NCBI GenBank assembly: GCA_002361775.1
Contig: DETV01000048.1
Coordinates: 2,186-66,185, forward strand
DNA length: 64,000 nt
From: Eubacterium sp. UBA3279
Lineage (GTDB): Bacteria > Bacillota > Clostridia > Lachnospirales > Lachnospiraceae
Reading direction: 5' to 3'
Each line of letters opens with the position of its first letter. Within the stretch, counting starts at the first letter, position 1. The position numbers and the translations under genes were made by a program. Below the pieces are notes generated by a model, which worked only from the letters and a program-made list of their open reading frames with translations, did not search any database and was not told where the DNA came from. Shown here piece by piece: positions 18,801-25,945 of the stretch.

Positions 18801-20664
18801 TGAGTTTCGGTGCGTCGTTTCCAAATCCTCTTGAAAGAGTTATGCCTTTCCCATCGTGGTTTTCATCAATACCTGCACCGATAATGACAGGATATGAACC
18901 TCCCCAACCGTATTCGTTTTTGAGAAAGTCTGCATTTTCTTTTGAAGATAAACTCTTTTGAAACTGCTCATAGATACGCATTTTACCTTCGTAAATACCG
19001 CTTCCACGAGTCAGAACTGCGTCGATAATCTCCTGAGAAAAAGTAAAGGCAGAGGTTTTGTTTTCCTCTGCCTGACCGTCTAATATGAAGCTCATCTGTC
19101 CGTCTACCGACGGTAGCGGTTTCATTCTATCATTTAATTCTCCCAAAAGACGCATTGCTTCAAAGTGCTGTGCAATCACACTCCAATTATAGAAACTCTG
19201 TGCAGTTCTGCTGTCATAATGACCTTCCCAAAGATGCAAAACATTCTGAAATGTCTTGTAACCTACGGTTCTCCCATCCTCTAATGTGAGTTCGGTATAG
19301 TCGTTATTGAAGATACTCTTGATATATTCGGTACGGGTATCGCTATCGGTATTTCTCTCATAGAGGTCTTTAATATCTTCAAGAGAAGCCGATAAATGCG
19401 GTGTAGTACCGAGTATCTCTCGGATAGTATCATCCCCACCGAAAAACGGCAGGCTCTTATCCTCGTTGCTTCTGTCGTAATACTCTAAACGAATATTACC
19501 TGTGCTTTCACGATTTCCTGTGCCGAGTTCCTGATGTTGTTCATCAAGCGAATCCAATTCATCATATCGTCCGCTTTCATCTGCTCCGTCAGCCCCTCTT
19601 GCTGTGCCATCTGCCTGATAAGCGTTTCTTCCAGTTTGGTCGCCCTCTGCTGTACTTCTGACAGATGACTGCTCAGTATCCCTTTCGTCAGGAGATTGTA
19701 ATACTGAACCTTGTGGTGTTCTTTCAGATAAGTTCTCCTCATCTGCGACCATTTGCCCTGAATGACCTCCGGCTGTTCGGGCAGAGTCAGGTTCGGAAGA
19801 TTGTAATCCCCGACCATCGTGTATGTTATCTCGTTCATAATCGCTACTCCTTTCGTCTTTGATGTCTTTATTGTATTCCGGTTGCCTGTTTGCTTCAATT
19901 ATGCGATTTTGACGGTTCAGTGCCATCACTGTTTTTGAGATTTCCGAAAGTCCCATCTCTGCAATATCGCTTGTGGCAAATCCCAGAGCGTTCATCGTAT
20001 CCTGCGTATTGAAATTTGTAACATCTCGAAAATCATCTACTTCAAAGTATTCGCTGGTATCAATTCCAAGCCTTGTCATAATCATATATGCCACGCTGTT
20101 TGTGACAACCTTTTTATACAGACTTGCAATCATCGTTTCGTCAAGTCCTTCTAAGAAACTGTCCTCGGAAGCATATATGAGGTCATTAAGATAATCCGGC
20201 AAATTATCTTCGGCGGCATTTTGTGCGGCACTCATAACTGCTTCGCCCAAAGTGACTTTGTTATCCAGTTCTCCGAATGTGCTTTCAAGCGTTTCAATAA
20301 CATCGTCTGTGTATTCGTTCCTCATATTCCAAAGTGGAACAGGACGGGAATATCTGCTCTCGTGAGTATCGGAAATATCGAAGTAGTGGATAAGTCTTTG
20401 TCTTGCTCTGTTTTCATCGGCAAATACCGCAATACCTCTTGCCCCTCTATTTACCCAACGTCCAAAACTCCTGTTCCAACGCTCGATTTCAAGAACTGCC
20501 GTAGCGTCCGGTCGCTGTGCATATATAAGCAACTGCTCATCGTATCTTAGCTTATAATTCCTACACGCAGACTGCAAGAAATTCCGCCAGTTCTGCGGAT
20601 TGGAAACAACCGTCTTGCAGGTTCTGTCATAGAGTTCGGATATGAGTTCGTATTTTCTTGACAC
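12823..20664 (-). CDS. Giant ArdC-N / N6-adenine methyltransferase / SNF2 helicase fusion (DarB-like)
   Basis: LLEPSCGIGNF and GNVPF MTase motifs; AHAVGAGKT, FIDESH, ATGTPISNS, QRSGRIIRQGN helicase motifs; ArdC-like N-terminus. Confidence 0.88.
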   Translation of the reverse strand: MSRKYELISELYDRTCKTVVSNPQNWRNFLQSACRNYKLRYDEQLLIYAQRPDATAVLEIERWNRSFGRWVNRGARGIAVFADENRARQRLIHYFDISDTHESRYSRPVPLWNMRNEYTDDVIETLESTFGELDNKVTLGEAVMSAAQNAAEDNLPDYLNDLIYASEDSFLEGLDETMIASLYKKVVTNSVAYMIMTRLGIDTSEYFEVDDFRDVTNFNTQDTMNALGFATSDIAEMGLSEISKTVMALNRQNRIIEANRQPEYNKDIKDERSSDYERDNIHDGRGLQSSEPDSARTAGGHSGQMVADEENLSERTPQGSVLQSPDERDTEQSSVRSTAEGDQTGRNAYQADGTARGADGADESGRYDELDSLDEQHQELGTGNRESTGNIRLEYYDRSNEDKSLPFFGGDDTIREILGTTPHLSASLEDIKDLYERNTDSDTRTEYIKSIFNNDYTELTLEDGRTVGYKTFQNVLHLWEGHYDSRTAQSFYNWSVIAQHFEAMRLLGELNDRMKPLPSVDGQMSFILDGQAEENKTSAFTFSQEIIDAVLTRGSGIYEGKMRIYEQFQKSLSSKENADFLKNEYGWGGSYPVIIGAGIDENHDGKGITLSRGFGNDAPKLNLKWTQVEKRIGELIRADRYLNPKEKEQYPQWLEKQEARRAEIEEQKRNREILSTAPPKEAEQANDDDIIGKEIVIDARRFVIESIGKISGDVSMRDVTFEDSVGFPINRVEKIDYVRSLLAEQTQEQQLPDTRYEYHLGDTVYIGASEYEILSFDDERVMLYDTEMPLFNKEFSRGEFDRKVQENPLNDHLRVTVLPAAEKADTDENITHSDTETEQKTDYEDAFFINREQESVTWMYFNPDSSAGGQYVTNTLSFDEIRNAAQNYKSADEFFDYLGSVANQTLADVGTEWFEEADTAFRQTPDFTECTTDTMGALIENTERSDMVATNIGKVPIEDYREIIANQNGFDSYDEMYNEGIRIGNGYDKETEPIKPQWENKTSKVKSFDLHPDIPMAERNTFDLRSNPVEPAGKKERFRRNMEAIKVLKECEFENRFATPEEQFILSKYVGWGGLPEAFDENNSAWADEFVELYTALSPEEYATARESTLTAFYTPPEVTDAIYKAMEQMGFKEGNLLEPSCGIGNFIGMLPESMKNTKIYGVELDTVSAGIAQQLYQKSSIAAQGFEEVNVPDSFFDGVVGNVPFGDFKVLDKRYDKYNFLIHDYFFAKALDKLRPGGVMALVTSKGTMDKMNSSVRKYIAQRADLLGAIRLPNDTFKGNAGTEVVSDILFLQKRDRLIDIEPNWVQLGTTDDGITMNSYFVEHPEMILGEMKTVSGRFGEEVTCIPFENADLSELLSEAVANIHGEINDYEVEAELEEEDNSIPADPNVRNFSYTVVDDKIYFRENSRMTPVEVSATAENRIKGMVAVRDSVRNLIELQTEDYPDEEIKAEQSKLNSLYDSYTKKYGLINSRANISAFSDDSSFALLSALEVINENGELERKADMFFKRTIKPHKPVEKVDTASEALAVSMGEKAEIDMEYMSKLTGKSEETLYQDLKGVIFLNPLYGYGNVTEAKYLMADEYLSGNVREKLITAKKSAELYPEDYKINVEALEKVQPKDLTASEISVRLGATWLPQEIIQQFMFEFLDTPRYAQWNIKVHFSPYTGEWNIEGKSYDRSNVKAYSTYGTGRINAYKIIEETLNLKDVRIFDYIEDDEGRKKAVLNKKETAIAQAKQELIKQGFQDWIWADPDRREKLKKMYNEKFNSIRPREYDGSHITFSGMNPEITLREHQRNAVAHILYGGNTLLAHAVGAGKTFEMVAASQESKRLGLCNKSLFVVPNHLTEQWAAEYLQLYPSANILVATKKDFETKNRKKFCGRIATGDYDAVIIGHSQFEKIPMSIERQRAILEQQLNELTEGIAELKRNRGENFSVKQLEKSRKSVKQKLQKLNDQSRKDDVVTFEELGVDRLFIDESHYYKNLYLYTKMRNVGGIAQTEAQKSSDLFMKCRYLDEITGGRGTVFATGTPISNSMVELYTIQRYLQYNTLVKNGLQHFDAWASTFGETVTAIELTPEGTGYRAKTRFAKFYNLPELMAMFKEVADIKTADMLNLPVPEAEYHNVSVEPSEMQKEMVASLAERAEKVRGGGVDSSVDNMLKITNDGRKLALDQRMLNDMLPDFENSKINACVDNVYRIWEENKDKKSAQLVFCDLSTPKNDGTFSVYNDIRKKLIERGVPESEVRFIHEAETDVKKKELFQKVRKGEVRVLMGSTQKMGAGTNVQDRLIALHDVDCPWRPADLEQRSGRIIRQGNSNPKVEIYRYVTKQTFDAYLYQLVEGKQKFASQIMTSKSPVRSAEDIDETALSYAEIKMLATGNPYIKEKMDLDIQVQKLKLLKSNFLSEKYSLEDKIIKYYPQRITSLENRINGLTADVKTAKQHPKPTDDRFVGMEVKGVFYSEKADAGKAIIEACKEMTSPAPIPLGKYRGFETELSFDTTERSYCVTVKGETGKQVSLGDDVFGNITRIDNAVERFADDLEKAKDSLADTKNQFETAQKEVQKPFVQEEELKSKLARLDELNILLNMDKKENEIVGGEPDEGESTEKRKEKSYER
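19485..19838 (-). CDS. TnpV family protein, nested in alternative frame of the giant helicase gene
   Basis: GAAAGGAG RBS 8 nt before ATG; MNEITYTMVGDYNLPNLTLPE..GKW..MRRTYLKEHH..YYNLL..G.L..HL..EQMKADDMMNWIRLMNNIRNSAQEIV is the TnpV pattern. Confidence 0.8.
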   Translation of the reverse strand: MNEITYTMVGDYNLPNLTLPEQPEVIQGKWSQMRRTYLKEHHKVQYYNLLTKGILSSHLSEVQQRATKLEETLIRQMAQQEGLTEQMKADDMMNWIRLMNNIRNSAQEIVKAQVIFV

Positions 20665-20679
20665 TGCTTTTGCACCTCC

Positions 20680-20961
20680 TTATCGTTCTTTTTCTTTGCT
20701 TTTTGTCGGTTTTGTCTTTTCCTTTCCGGCTGGTTCAACGGTATGACCGTTTCTTTCACACAGCTCTGCAAATTCACAGATATGAAAAACATCCGAACCG
20801 ATTTGTGTATGATAATCGTCGATATACTTACACTCACGCTCCAGTGTTGTTCCGTTTCTTGTGTGAATCAGGATTTTATCTCCGTCATTTACACGAAATT
20901 TCTCGTTGTATCCACTGTCAATAAAGCGGATACTGTTTTCCTTATGTTCCTGACTGCTCAT
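20680..20961 (-). CDS. Small ICE hypothetical protein
   Basis: GGAGGTG RBS; IRFIDSGYN...CKYIDDYH..IG...FHICEFAE module typical of Clostridiales ICE proteins. Confidence 0.7.
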   Translation of the reverse strand: MSSQEHKENSIRFIDSGYNEKFRVNDGDKILIHTRNGTTLERECKYIDDYHTQIGSDVFHICEFAELCERNGHTVEPAGKEKTKPTKSKEKER

Positions 20962-21169
20962 CCGTTCCACCTCCCAAATATGAGAACAACTTGTTGGCTT
21001 TGGTTTCTTTCTGAAGTTCGATGATGAGTGCCATATCCGGTATCGTAATACCCGGAATCTTCAAAATACTCTCCATATCAAGTTGTTGTAATTTCTTTTC
21101 CGTATTACAACCGGAATCAAACAGCTTCGCCATTAATTTTGTTTTCTGTTGAAATGTCGGTTTGCTCAT
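20942..21169 (-). CDS. Hypothetical protein
   Basis: GGAGG RBS, overlaps next gene. Confidence 0.65.
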   Translation of the reverse strand: MSKPTFQQKTKLMAKLFDSGCNTEKKLQQLDMESILKIPGITIPDMALIIELQKETKANKLFSYLGGGTDEQSGT

Positions 21170-21181
21170 CTTGCGTCCTCC

Positions 21182-21472
21182 TTATTCAATTTCTATGACT
21201 ACACGAATACTGCTGTCGCAGCCACTGCACTGTCTGGAAAGTTCCGGGAACAAAGATTGCACCCTCTGTCTTGACCTGCGGATAGTTTCAAAGCACGGTA
21301 AACCGTAGCCCTTGTAGTTGTTGACTATATCCTCAAGAGATAAGTCGCCGACTTTCAAATAACTGTATCGGTTGTAATAGCAGAGGATAAGCTGCATATC
21401 GTCATACCTTGTTTCAGGGCATTCTCTGAGGATTGCAAGCACCTTGCTGTCAACCGTTCTCTGCTTATTCAT
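21182..21472 (-). CDS. Hypothetical protein, possible helical DNA-binding fold
   Basis: GGAGGTG RBS before ATG 21472; VLAILRECPETRYDD...ETIRRSRQRVQ. Confidence 0.6.
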   Translation of the reverse strand: MNKQRTVDSKVLAILRECPETRYDDMQLILCYYNRYSYLKVGDLSLEDIVNNYKGYGLPCFETIRRSRQRVQSLFPELSRQCSGCDSSIRVVIEIE

Positions 21473-21485
21473 AAAGCACCTCCAT

Positions 21486-21519
21486 AAAGTAAATGGACGG
21501 AGTTTTTTCGCTCCGCCCA
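21486..21519 (-). terminator. Intra-operon intrinsic terminator-like hairpin
   Basis: Minus TGGGCGGAG-CGAAAAAA-CTCCGTCCA then TTTACTTT. Confidence 0.6.
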
Positions 21520-21531
21520 CCATTTTGTTTC

Positions 21532-21621
21532 TTATTTCTTTCTGTTTTTAATCTGTAAAAAGATAAAGCCGCCGATAATAAAGGCGACCAAAACAACTGC
21601 TACGATTGTCTTTGCGTCCAT
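21532..21621 (-). CDS. 29-aa single-TM peptide
   Basis: MDAKTIVAVVLVAFIIGGFIFLQIKNRKK; TAATG overlap with adhesin stop, AAGGAGG upstream. Confidence 0.6.
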   Translation of the reverse strand: MDAKTIVAVVLVAFIIGGFIFLQIKNRKK

Positions 21622-24600
21622 TATTCATTGCCCTCCTTTTTCTTCTTTCTCTTGGAAGCAACAACCGTTGCAACGATACCGAGTGCAGAAGCACCTGCAA
21701 GTGCTACCCAAAGACTGGTCTTTCTGTCATCGCCGGTTTTCGGTGTATCACGAAGTTTATTGTACATCTCGATTTCTACCGTTTCGCCGACCTTTACAGT
21801 CACTTTCTTATCGGCAGGTAAAATATATCCAGCAGATACATTGTCGCTGACCTCGGACACTGTGTATTCGCCGATACGAAGCCCATCTACGGAGATTTCG
21901 CCATTCTTATCGGTTGTAAAGGTGCTGTCATAACCGTTGACACCTGTTACTCTGAAAGTGAAGCCTTCCACCTTACCGTCGGAAGATGTCTTTTTAATTT
22001 TCAGGTTTCCTTTCATTGCTTCGTTGATAAAGCCGACTCCCGCTTTGTTTTCTACCTTGTAGGTAGTTTCATCTTTTTCAATGAATACGGAGTAAACGCC
22101 CTTATCAAGCACAAAGCCCTCCGGTGCTTTGGTTTCTCGTACAAGATATTTACCGTAGAGAAGTTCTTTCATCTCATAGATACCGGTTGCGGTTTCTTCA
22201 AGATTTCCGATAAGTTCATCGCCATCGTCCAGTTTACCGTCGCCATTAACATCCTTATATACTTCAAAAGTTGCACCCGTCAGTTTGTTATCTGGATAAT
22301 CAGCATCCACTTTGGTAAGTTCAATATTACCGTGAATATACTCGTCGGTAATTTCCACTTCGATGACCTGCTCATTCTCCCCGATGTTTACTTCGTAGGA
22401 AGTATCATCAAGCACAAAGCCTTCTGGAGCTTCGATTTCTCTTACAATCCACTTTCCATAAGGAACTTTTGCAAAAGAAAAACTGCCGTCCTTTTCAGAT
22501 GTGGCAGTCATAATAGCGTGTTCTTTTGTAAATTCGGTTTCATCTGCTTTGAAAATGCCGATTAAAGCACCGCCCAGTGCTTCTCCGTTCTCGTCAATCT
22601 TCTTACCGGATACAGAACCGTAAATAAGTTTGTTTTCAATCGGCTTACCGTCATTTACCTTGATTTCAACCGTTTCGGTATCCTGCCCGGCATACTCGAA
22701 TGTGAACGGATACTGTGTGTCGGAGAGAATATAATGCTCATCTGTGGCAATTTCCTTGATATAGTAACTGCCAAACGGAAGGTCTGTATTTGCAGTCGCT
22801 GCTCCGTTTTCATCAAGCGTGATAATCTCAATCAATCCGTCAGCCGGAATAACTGTGCCGCTTGAAGATACAACATCTTCTTTTGCATAAAGACCGAAGC
22901 TGATGTTTTTGATTTCATCGTTCTTGCCGATACCAAAGGTTTCATTCTGTTCTAAGATTTTTTCAAGAGAAATCTTCACTTTCTGTCGCTCGTTTACGAA
23001 GCTGGTTGCAGTTTCAGTTACCGCTACATCCTGTCCGGCATAAGTGAGTTCCACCGAATGCTTTTCTTTGTTGATGACCATACCTGTCGGTGCTTTGGTT
23101 TCTACTACCGTATATTTACCGAGATAGAGTTCCTTACTCTTAGCTGTTCCGTCCTCATCGGTTGTTACAGTATCTACTACATCGCCCTTGTGATAACGAA
23201 GTGTACCATCCGGTGTGATAACATCTTCATCGGCTGTGATTTCATAAACCGCACCTGCAAGTCCTTTGACTTTATACACCGGCTGATAAATCACATCTTT
23301 ATCTTCCTCGCCGGATACATTGACACCAAAGAATACTTCGCCGGTTTTCTCAACGGAAATCGTACCTTTCTGTGCCATATTCGGCTTATCCACCCTAATC
23401 AATGTGATACCACCTTCCTGTGTGGAATTTTCTTCTGTTACATCAAAGGAAACAGGTGTGCTGTCGAGTACATATCCATACGGAGCCTGAACCTCAACAA
23501 GAGAATATCCCTTGCCATAGTCCAATTTTTCAGGTGTAACAAGCTGACCGTCTGCATCAGTATAGAATGTGTCAATGGTTGTCGGTGTCGGATAAGTAAA
23601 TGTCATACTTACCTTGTTGCCGTCAGGGTCATAAATCTGGAAGCCTGCACCTGCATATGGAATCGTCTTGCCTGTTTCAACATCTTTCTTTACCACCTTG
23701 ATATATGACTCAAAGTTGGCATTGTTGATGAGATAACGGTAGGTCTGTCCGTCCTGAGAAATGAAAACATCAAAGTCTTTCATAAACTCACGACCTTCCC
23801 AACCTTTGGTCTGATGAACGGTATATACGCCGTATGGCATATCCTTTGTCTGAGCAAATCCGTTTTCATCGCAAACTATGGTATCTCTTTCATCCTTGTC
23901 GGCTTTTTCAAATGAGCCGGAAGATTTCAGATACACTTCAAATTCAGCACCGTTTTCCGGTGTCTCAATCTTGGTTTCCCCATCATCGGTGTGTTTGATG
24001 ATAGCAATATTTCCTTTCATAACCTGCTCTGTCACGTCGTTTGCCACAAGATTGTGTTCAATCGTAAAGAGTTTTGGCTCTGCACCTACCTTGTGGATTG
24101 TCTTATCAAGGAGATAACCCTCACTCGGTGTGATTTCTCTGATTGTCCAATCACTGTCGCAGACATATTCCTTAGTTGTGAACTGTCCGTCGCTGTCTGT
24201 CACATACTTATCCACAAGTGTGTCGCCTTTATAAATTCCGTAAACAGCACCGGAGAGTTTTGCGTCGCCCTGAGCAGTGCCTTCTTCTCGGTCGCTCTTT
24301 GTTACAGTTACGCTGAACTTCTTCAAGATATTTGTGAAATCACGGTTTGTAACCCCTTTCCACTGAATCGGTGCAGTCTGTTTTTCGGGAACGACATAGC
24401 GGATTGCTGTATCCACTTCTTCGAGCGTATATGGTGTGCTTCCGCTGATAAGAACATCTTTGAATGTTGCAACACCGTTTTTATCGGTAACTGCATATTC
24501 ATCAACTGCAATGCCTGCAAGGGAAGTACCGTAAAGGTGGAATTTCATACCCTCAACAAGATTATCTTCCGATGATTTAATGACCTGAAGATTACCTCTC

Positions 24601-25871
24601 TTGAGAACATTGTTGAAGTTTACGGTTGCCACCTGACCGGCTACAACAGTTACTCTGTGAACTTCCTGCGGTACATATTTGTCAATAGACTGTTCTGTTA
24701 CGGTATATACACCGGGCATAAGGTTGTCAAGCTGGAACTTACCGCCGTTTGCTGTGGTAACTGTCTGATTTACTCCGTTACCTGAAATAGTGAAATTGAT
24801 ACCGTCAACCTTTCCGTCCTCAGATGTTTTCACAATCTGACAAGAACCATAGCTGACTTTCATCTTCACATATCCGGTTACAGGGTCGCTGACTTCCTGT
24901 GCGTAAGTAACAACATCCTGCACGCTTGAATTTTGACTGTGCTTACCCTCAGACCATACGACAACACCTCTGCGGACACCGTTTTTCTTACTTGCGGTAA
25001 TAGTAAATTCCTTACTCGGTGCTTTATCCATTGACACCGTAAGTTTGTTTCCGTTTGTAGAAAATGTTACACCACTGATACTCGCCTTAAAATTATAATT
25101 GGCAAGTACACCGTTTGAGTCTGTAAGGGTTGCAACATATTTGCTTCCGTTCCATTCAAGCTCTTTTACTTTTGCAGAACCGCTTGATTTAGTACAGAAG
25201 CTCGGCACAACTGTGTGATTCTGCACACTGCTGACCATACTGTTGTAGTAACTCATAATCTTACTGCGAAGCGGATGTTTGGCATTGATAACATCTTTTA
25301 CATTACTGCAACCACTGGCTGCTTTGTGATTAAAGTTTGCGTCACGCTCACCTACGACAGTTTCCCAAATAAGAAGCTGTGTTGCATAAGCGTGAGCAAT
25401 ACTGTTTGCCGCACTTTCGTTCTGCGACCTCCAGCTTGTTGAAATCGTTCCTCGATAGCCGTACTGCAAGATACGACCGATAAAGAGTCTGATTTCATCG
25501 CCGGAGATAACTCCGTTTGCTGTGATATTGTTAAAATAATTTTCATCGTATTTGTTCATACTCTGACCTGAGCTAAGTGAAACACCCGGCTCGATACAAT
25601 AGGCAATATTACCGGAATATGAACCGATTGCCTTTAAGTTGGTATGGGTGGAACTGCCGGTATGCCAACCGTTCTTCAAAGTAAGGTTACTGTGTCCCCA
25701 CACACCGTCGTAATTTGCGTCGCCGTCACGAGGGAAATCAACCATATACACTTTGGTCTTTTCTCCGCTTGCGGCAAACGCTGTGCTTGTCCCAATACTC
25801 ATAAATGCACTGAGACTGAGAACCGTCACCATAACAAACGATACGGCTCTCTTGATTTTCGACTTTGCCAT
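21621..25871 (-). CDS. Sortase-anchored adhesin with thioester (TED) domain and SpaA/CnaB-type repeats
   Basis: Signal peptide; AYCIEPG and ATQLLIWE TED motifs; repeated G.Y.V.E..AP.GY domains; TPKTGD + TM + basic tail. Confidence 0.88.
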   Translation of the reverse strand: MAKSKIKRAVSFVMVTVLSLSAFMSIGTSTAFAASGEKTKVYMVDFPRDGDANYDGVWGHSNLTLKNGWHTGSSTHTNLKAIGSYSGNIAYCIEPGVSLSSGQSMNKYDENYFNNITANGVISGDEIRLFIGRILQYGYRGTISTSWRSQNESAANSIAHAYATQLLIWETVVGERDANFNHKAASGCSNVKDVINAKHPLRSKIMSYYNSMVSSVQNHTVVPSFCTKSSGSAKVKELEWNGSKYVATLTDSNGVLANYNFKASISGVTFSTNGNKLTVSMDKAPSKEFTITASKKNGVRRGVVVWSEGKHSQNSSVQDVVTYAQEVSDPVTGYVKMKVSYGSCQIVKTSEDGKVDGINFTISGNGVNQTVTTANGGKFQLDNLMPGVYTVTEQSIDKYVPQEVHRVTVVAGQVATVNFNNVLKRGNLQVIKSSEDNLVEGMKFHLYGTSLAGIAVDEYAVTDKNGVATFKDVLISGSTPYTLEEVDTAIRYVVPEKQTAPIQWKGVTNRDFTNILKKFSVTVTKSDREEGTAQGDAKLSGAVYGIYKGDTLVDKYVTDSDGQFTTKEYVCDSDWTIREITPSEGYLLDKTIHKVGAEPKLFTIEHNLVANDVTEQVMKGNIAIIKHTDDGETKIETPENGAEFEVYLKSSGSFEKADKDERDTIVCDENGFAQTKDMPYGVYTVHQTKGWEGREFMKDFDVFISQDGQTYRYLINNANFESYIKVVKKDVETGKTIPYAGAGFQIYDPDGNKVSMTFTYPTPTTIDTFYTDADGQLVTPEKLDYGKGYSLVEVQAPYGYVLDSTPVSFDVTEENSTQEGGITLIRVDKPNMAQKGTISVEKTGEVFFGVNVSGEEDKDVIYQPVYKVKGLAGAVYEITADEDVITPDGTLRYHKGDVVDTVTTDEDGTAKSKELYLGKYTVVETKAPTGMVINKEKHSVELTYAGQDVAVTETATSFVNERQKVKISLEKILEQNETFGIGKNDEIKNISFGLYAKEDVVSSSGTVIPADGLIEIITLDENGAATANTDLPFGSYYIKEIATDEHYILSDTQYPFTFEYAGQDTETVEIKVNDGKPIENKLIYGSVSGKKIDENGEALGGALIGIFKADETEFTKEHAIMTATSEKDGSFSFAKVPYGKWIVREIEAPEGFVLDDTSYEVNIGENEQVIEVEITDEYIHGNIELTKVDADYPDNKLTGATFEVYKDVNGDGKLDDGDELIGNLEETATGIYEMKELLYGKYLVRETKAPEGFVLDKGVYSVFIEKDETTYKVENKAGVGFINEAMKGNLKIKKTSSDGKVEGFTFRVTGVNGYDSTFTTDKNGEISVDGLRIGEYTVSEVSDNVSAGYILPADKKVTVKVGETVEIEMYNKLRDTPKTGDDRKTSLWVALAGASALGIVATVVASKRKKKKEGNE

Positions 25872-25887
25872 CTAATTTTCCTCCTTA

Positions 25888-25921
25888 AAATGAAAGAACG
25901 CACCGATTATCTCAGTGCGTC
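25888..25921 (-). terminator. Intra-operon intrinsic terminator-like hairpin
   Basis: Minus GACGCACTGA-GATAA-TCGGTGCGTT then CTTTCATTTT. Confidence 0.6.
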
Positions 25922-25945
25922 CGATACTGTATTTTATTTTGTTTT

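Noticed and set aside
12985-18961. Several 100-190 aa plus-strand ORFs within the giant helicase gene
   Set aside because: Antisense shadows with no motifs, unlike the nested tnpV, which has an RBS and a family signature
19839-19898. Longer 137-aa start for tnpV given by the ORF track
   Set aside because: The strong RBS points to ATG 19838
21700-24700. Repetitive DNA in the adhesin gene as a CRISPR or other array
   Set aside because: Degenerate in-frame CnaB/SpaA domain repeats; no constant repeat-spacer period. No CRISPR array was seen anywhere in the window
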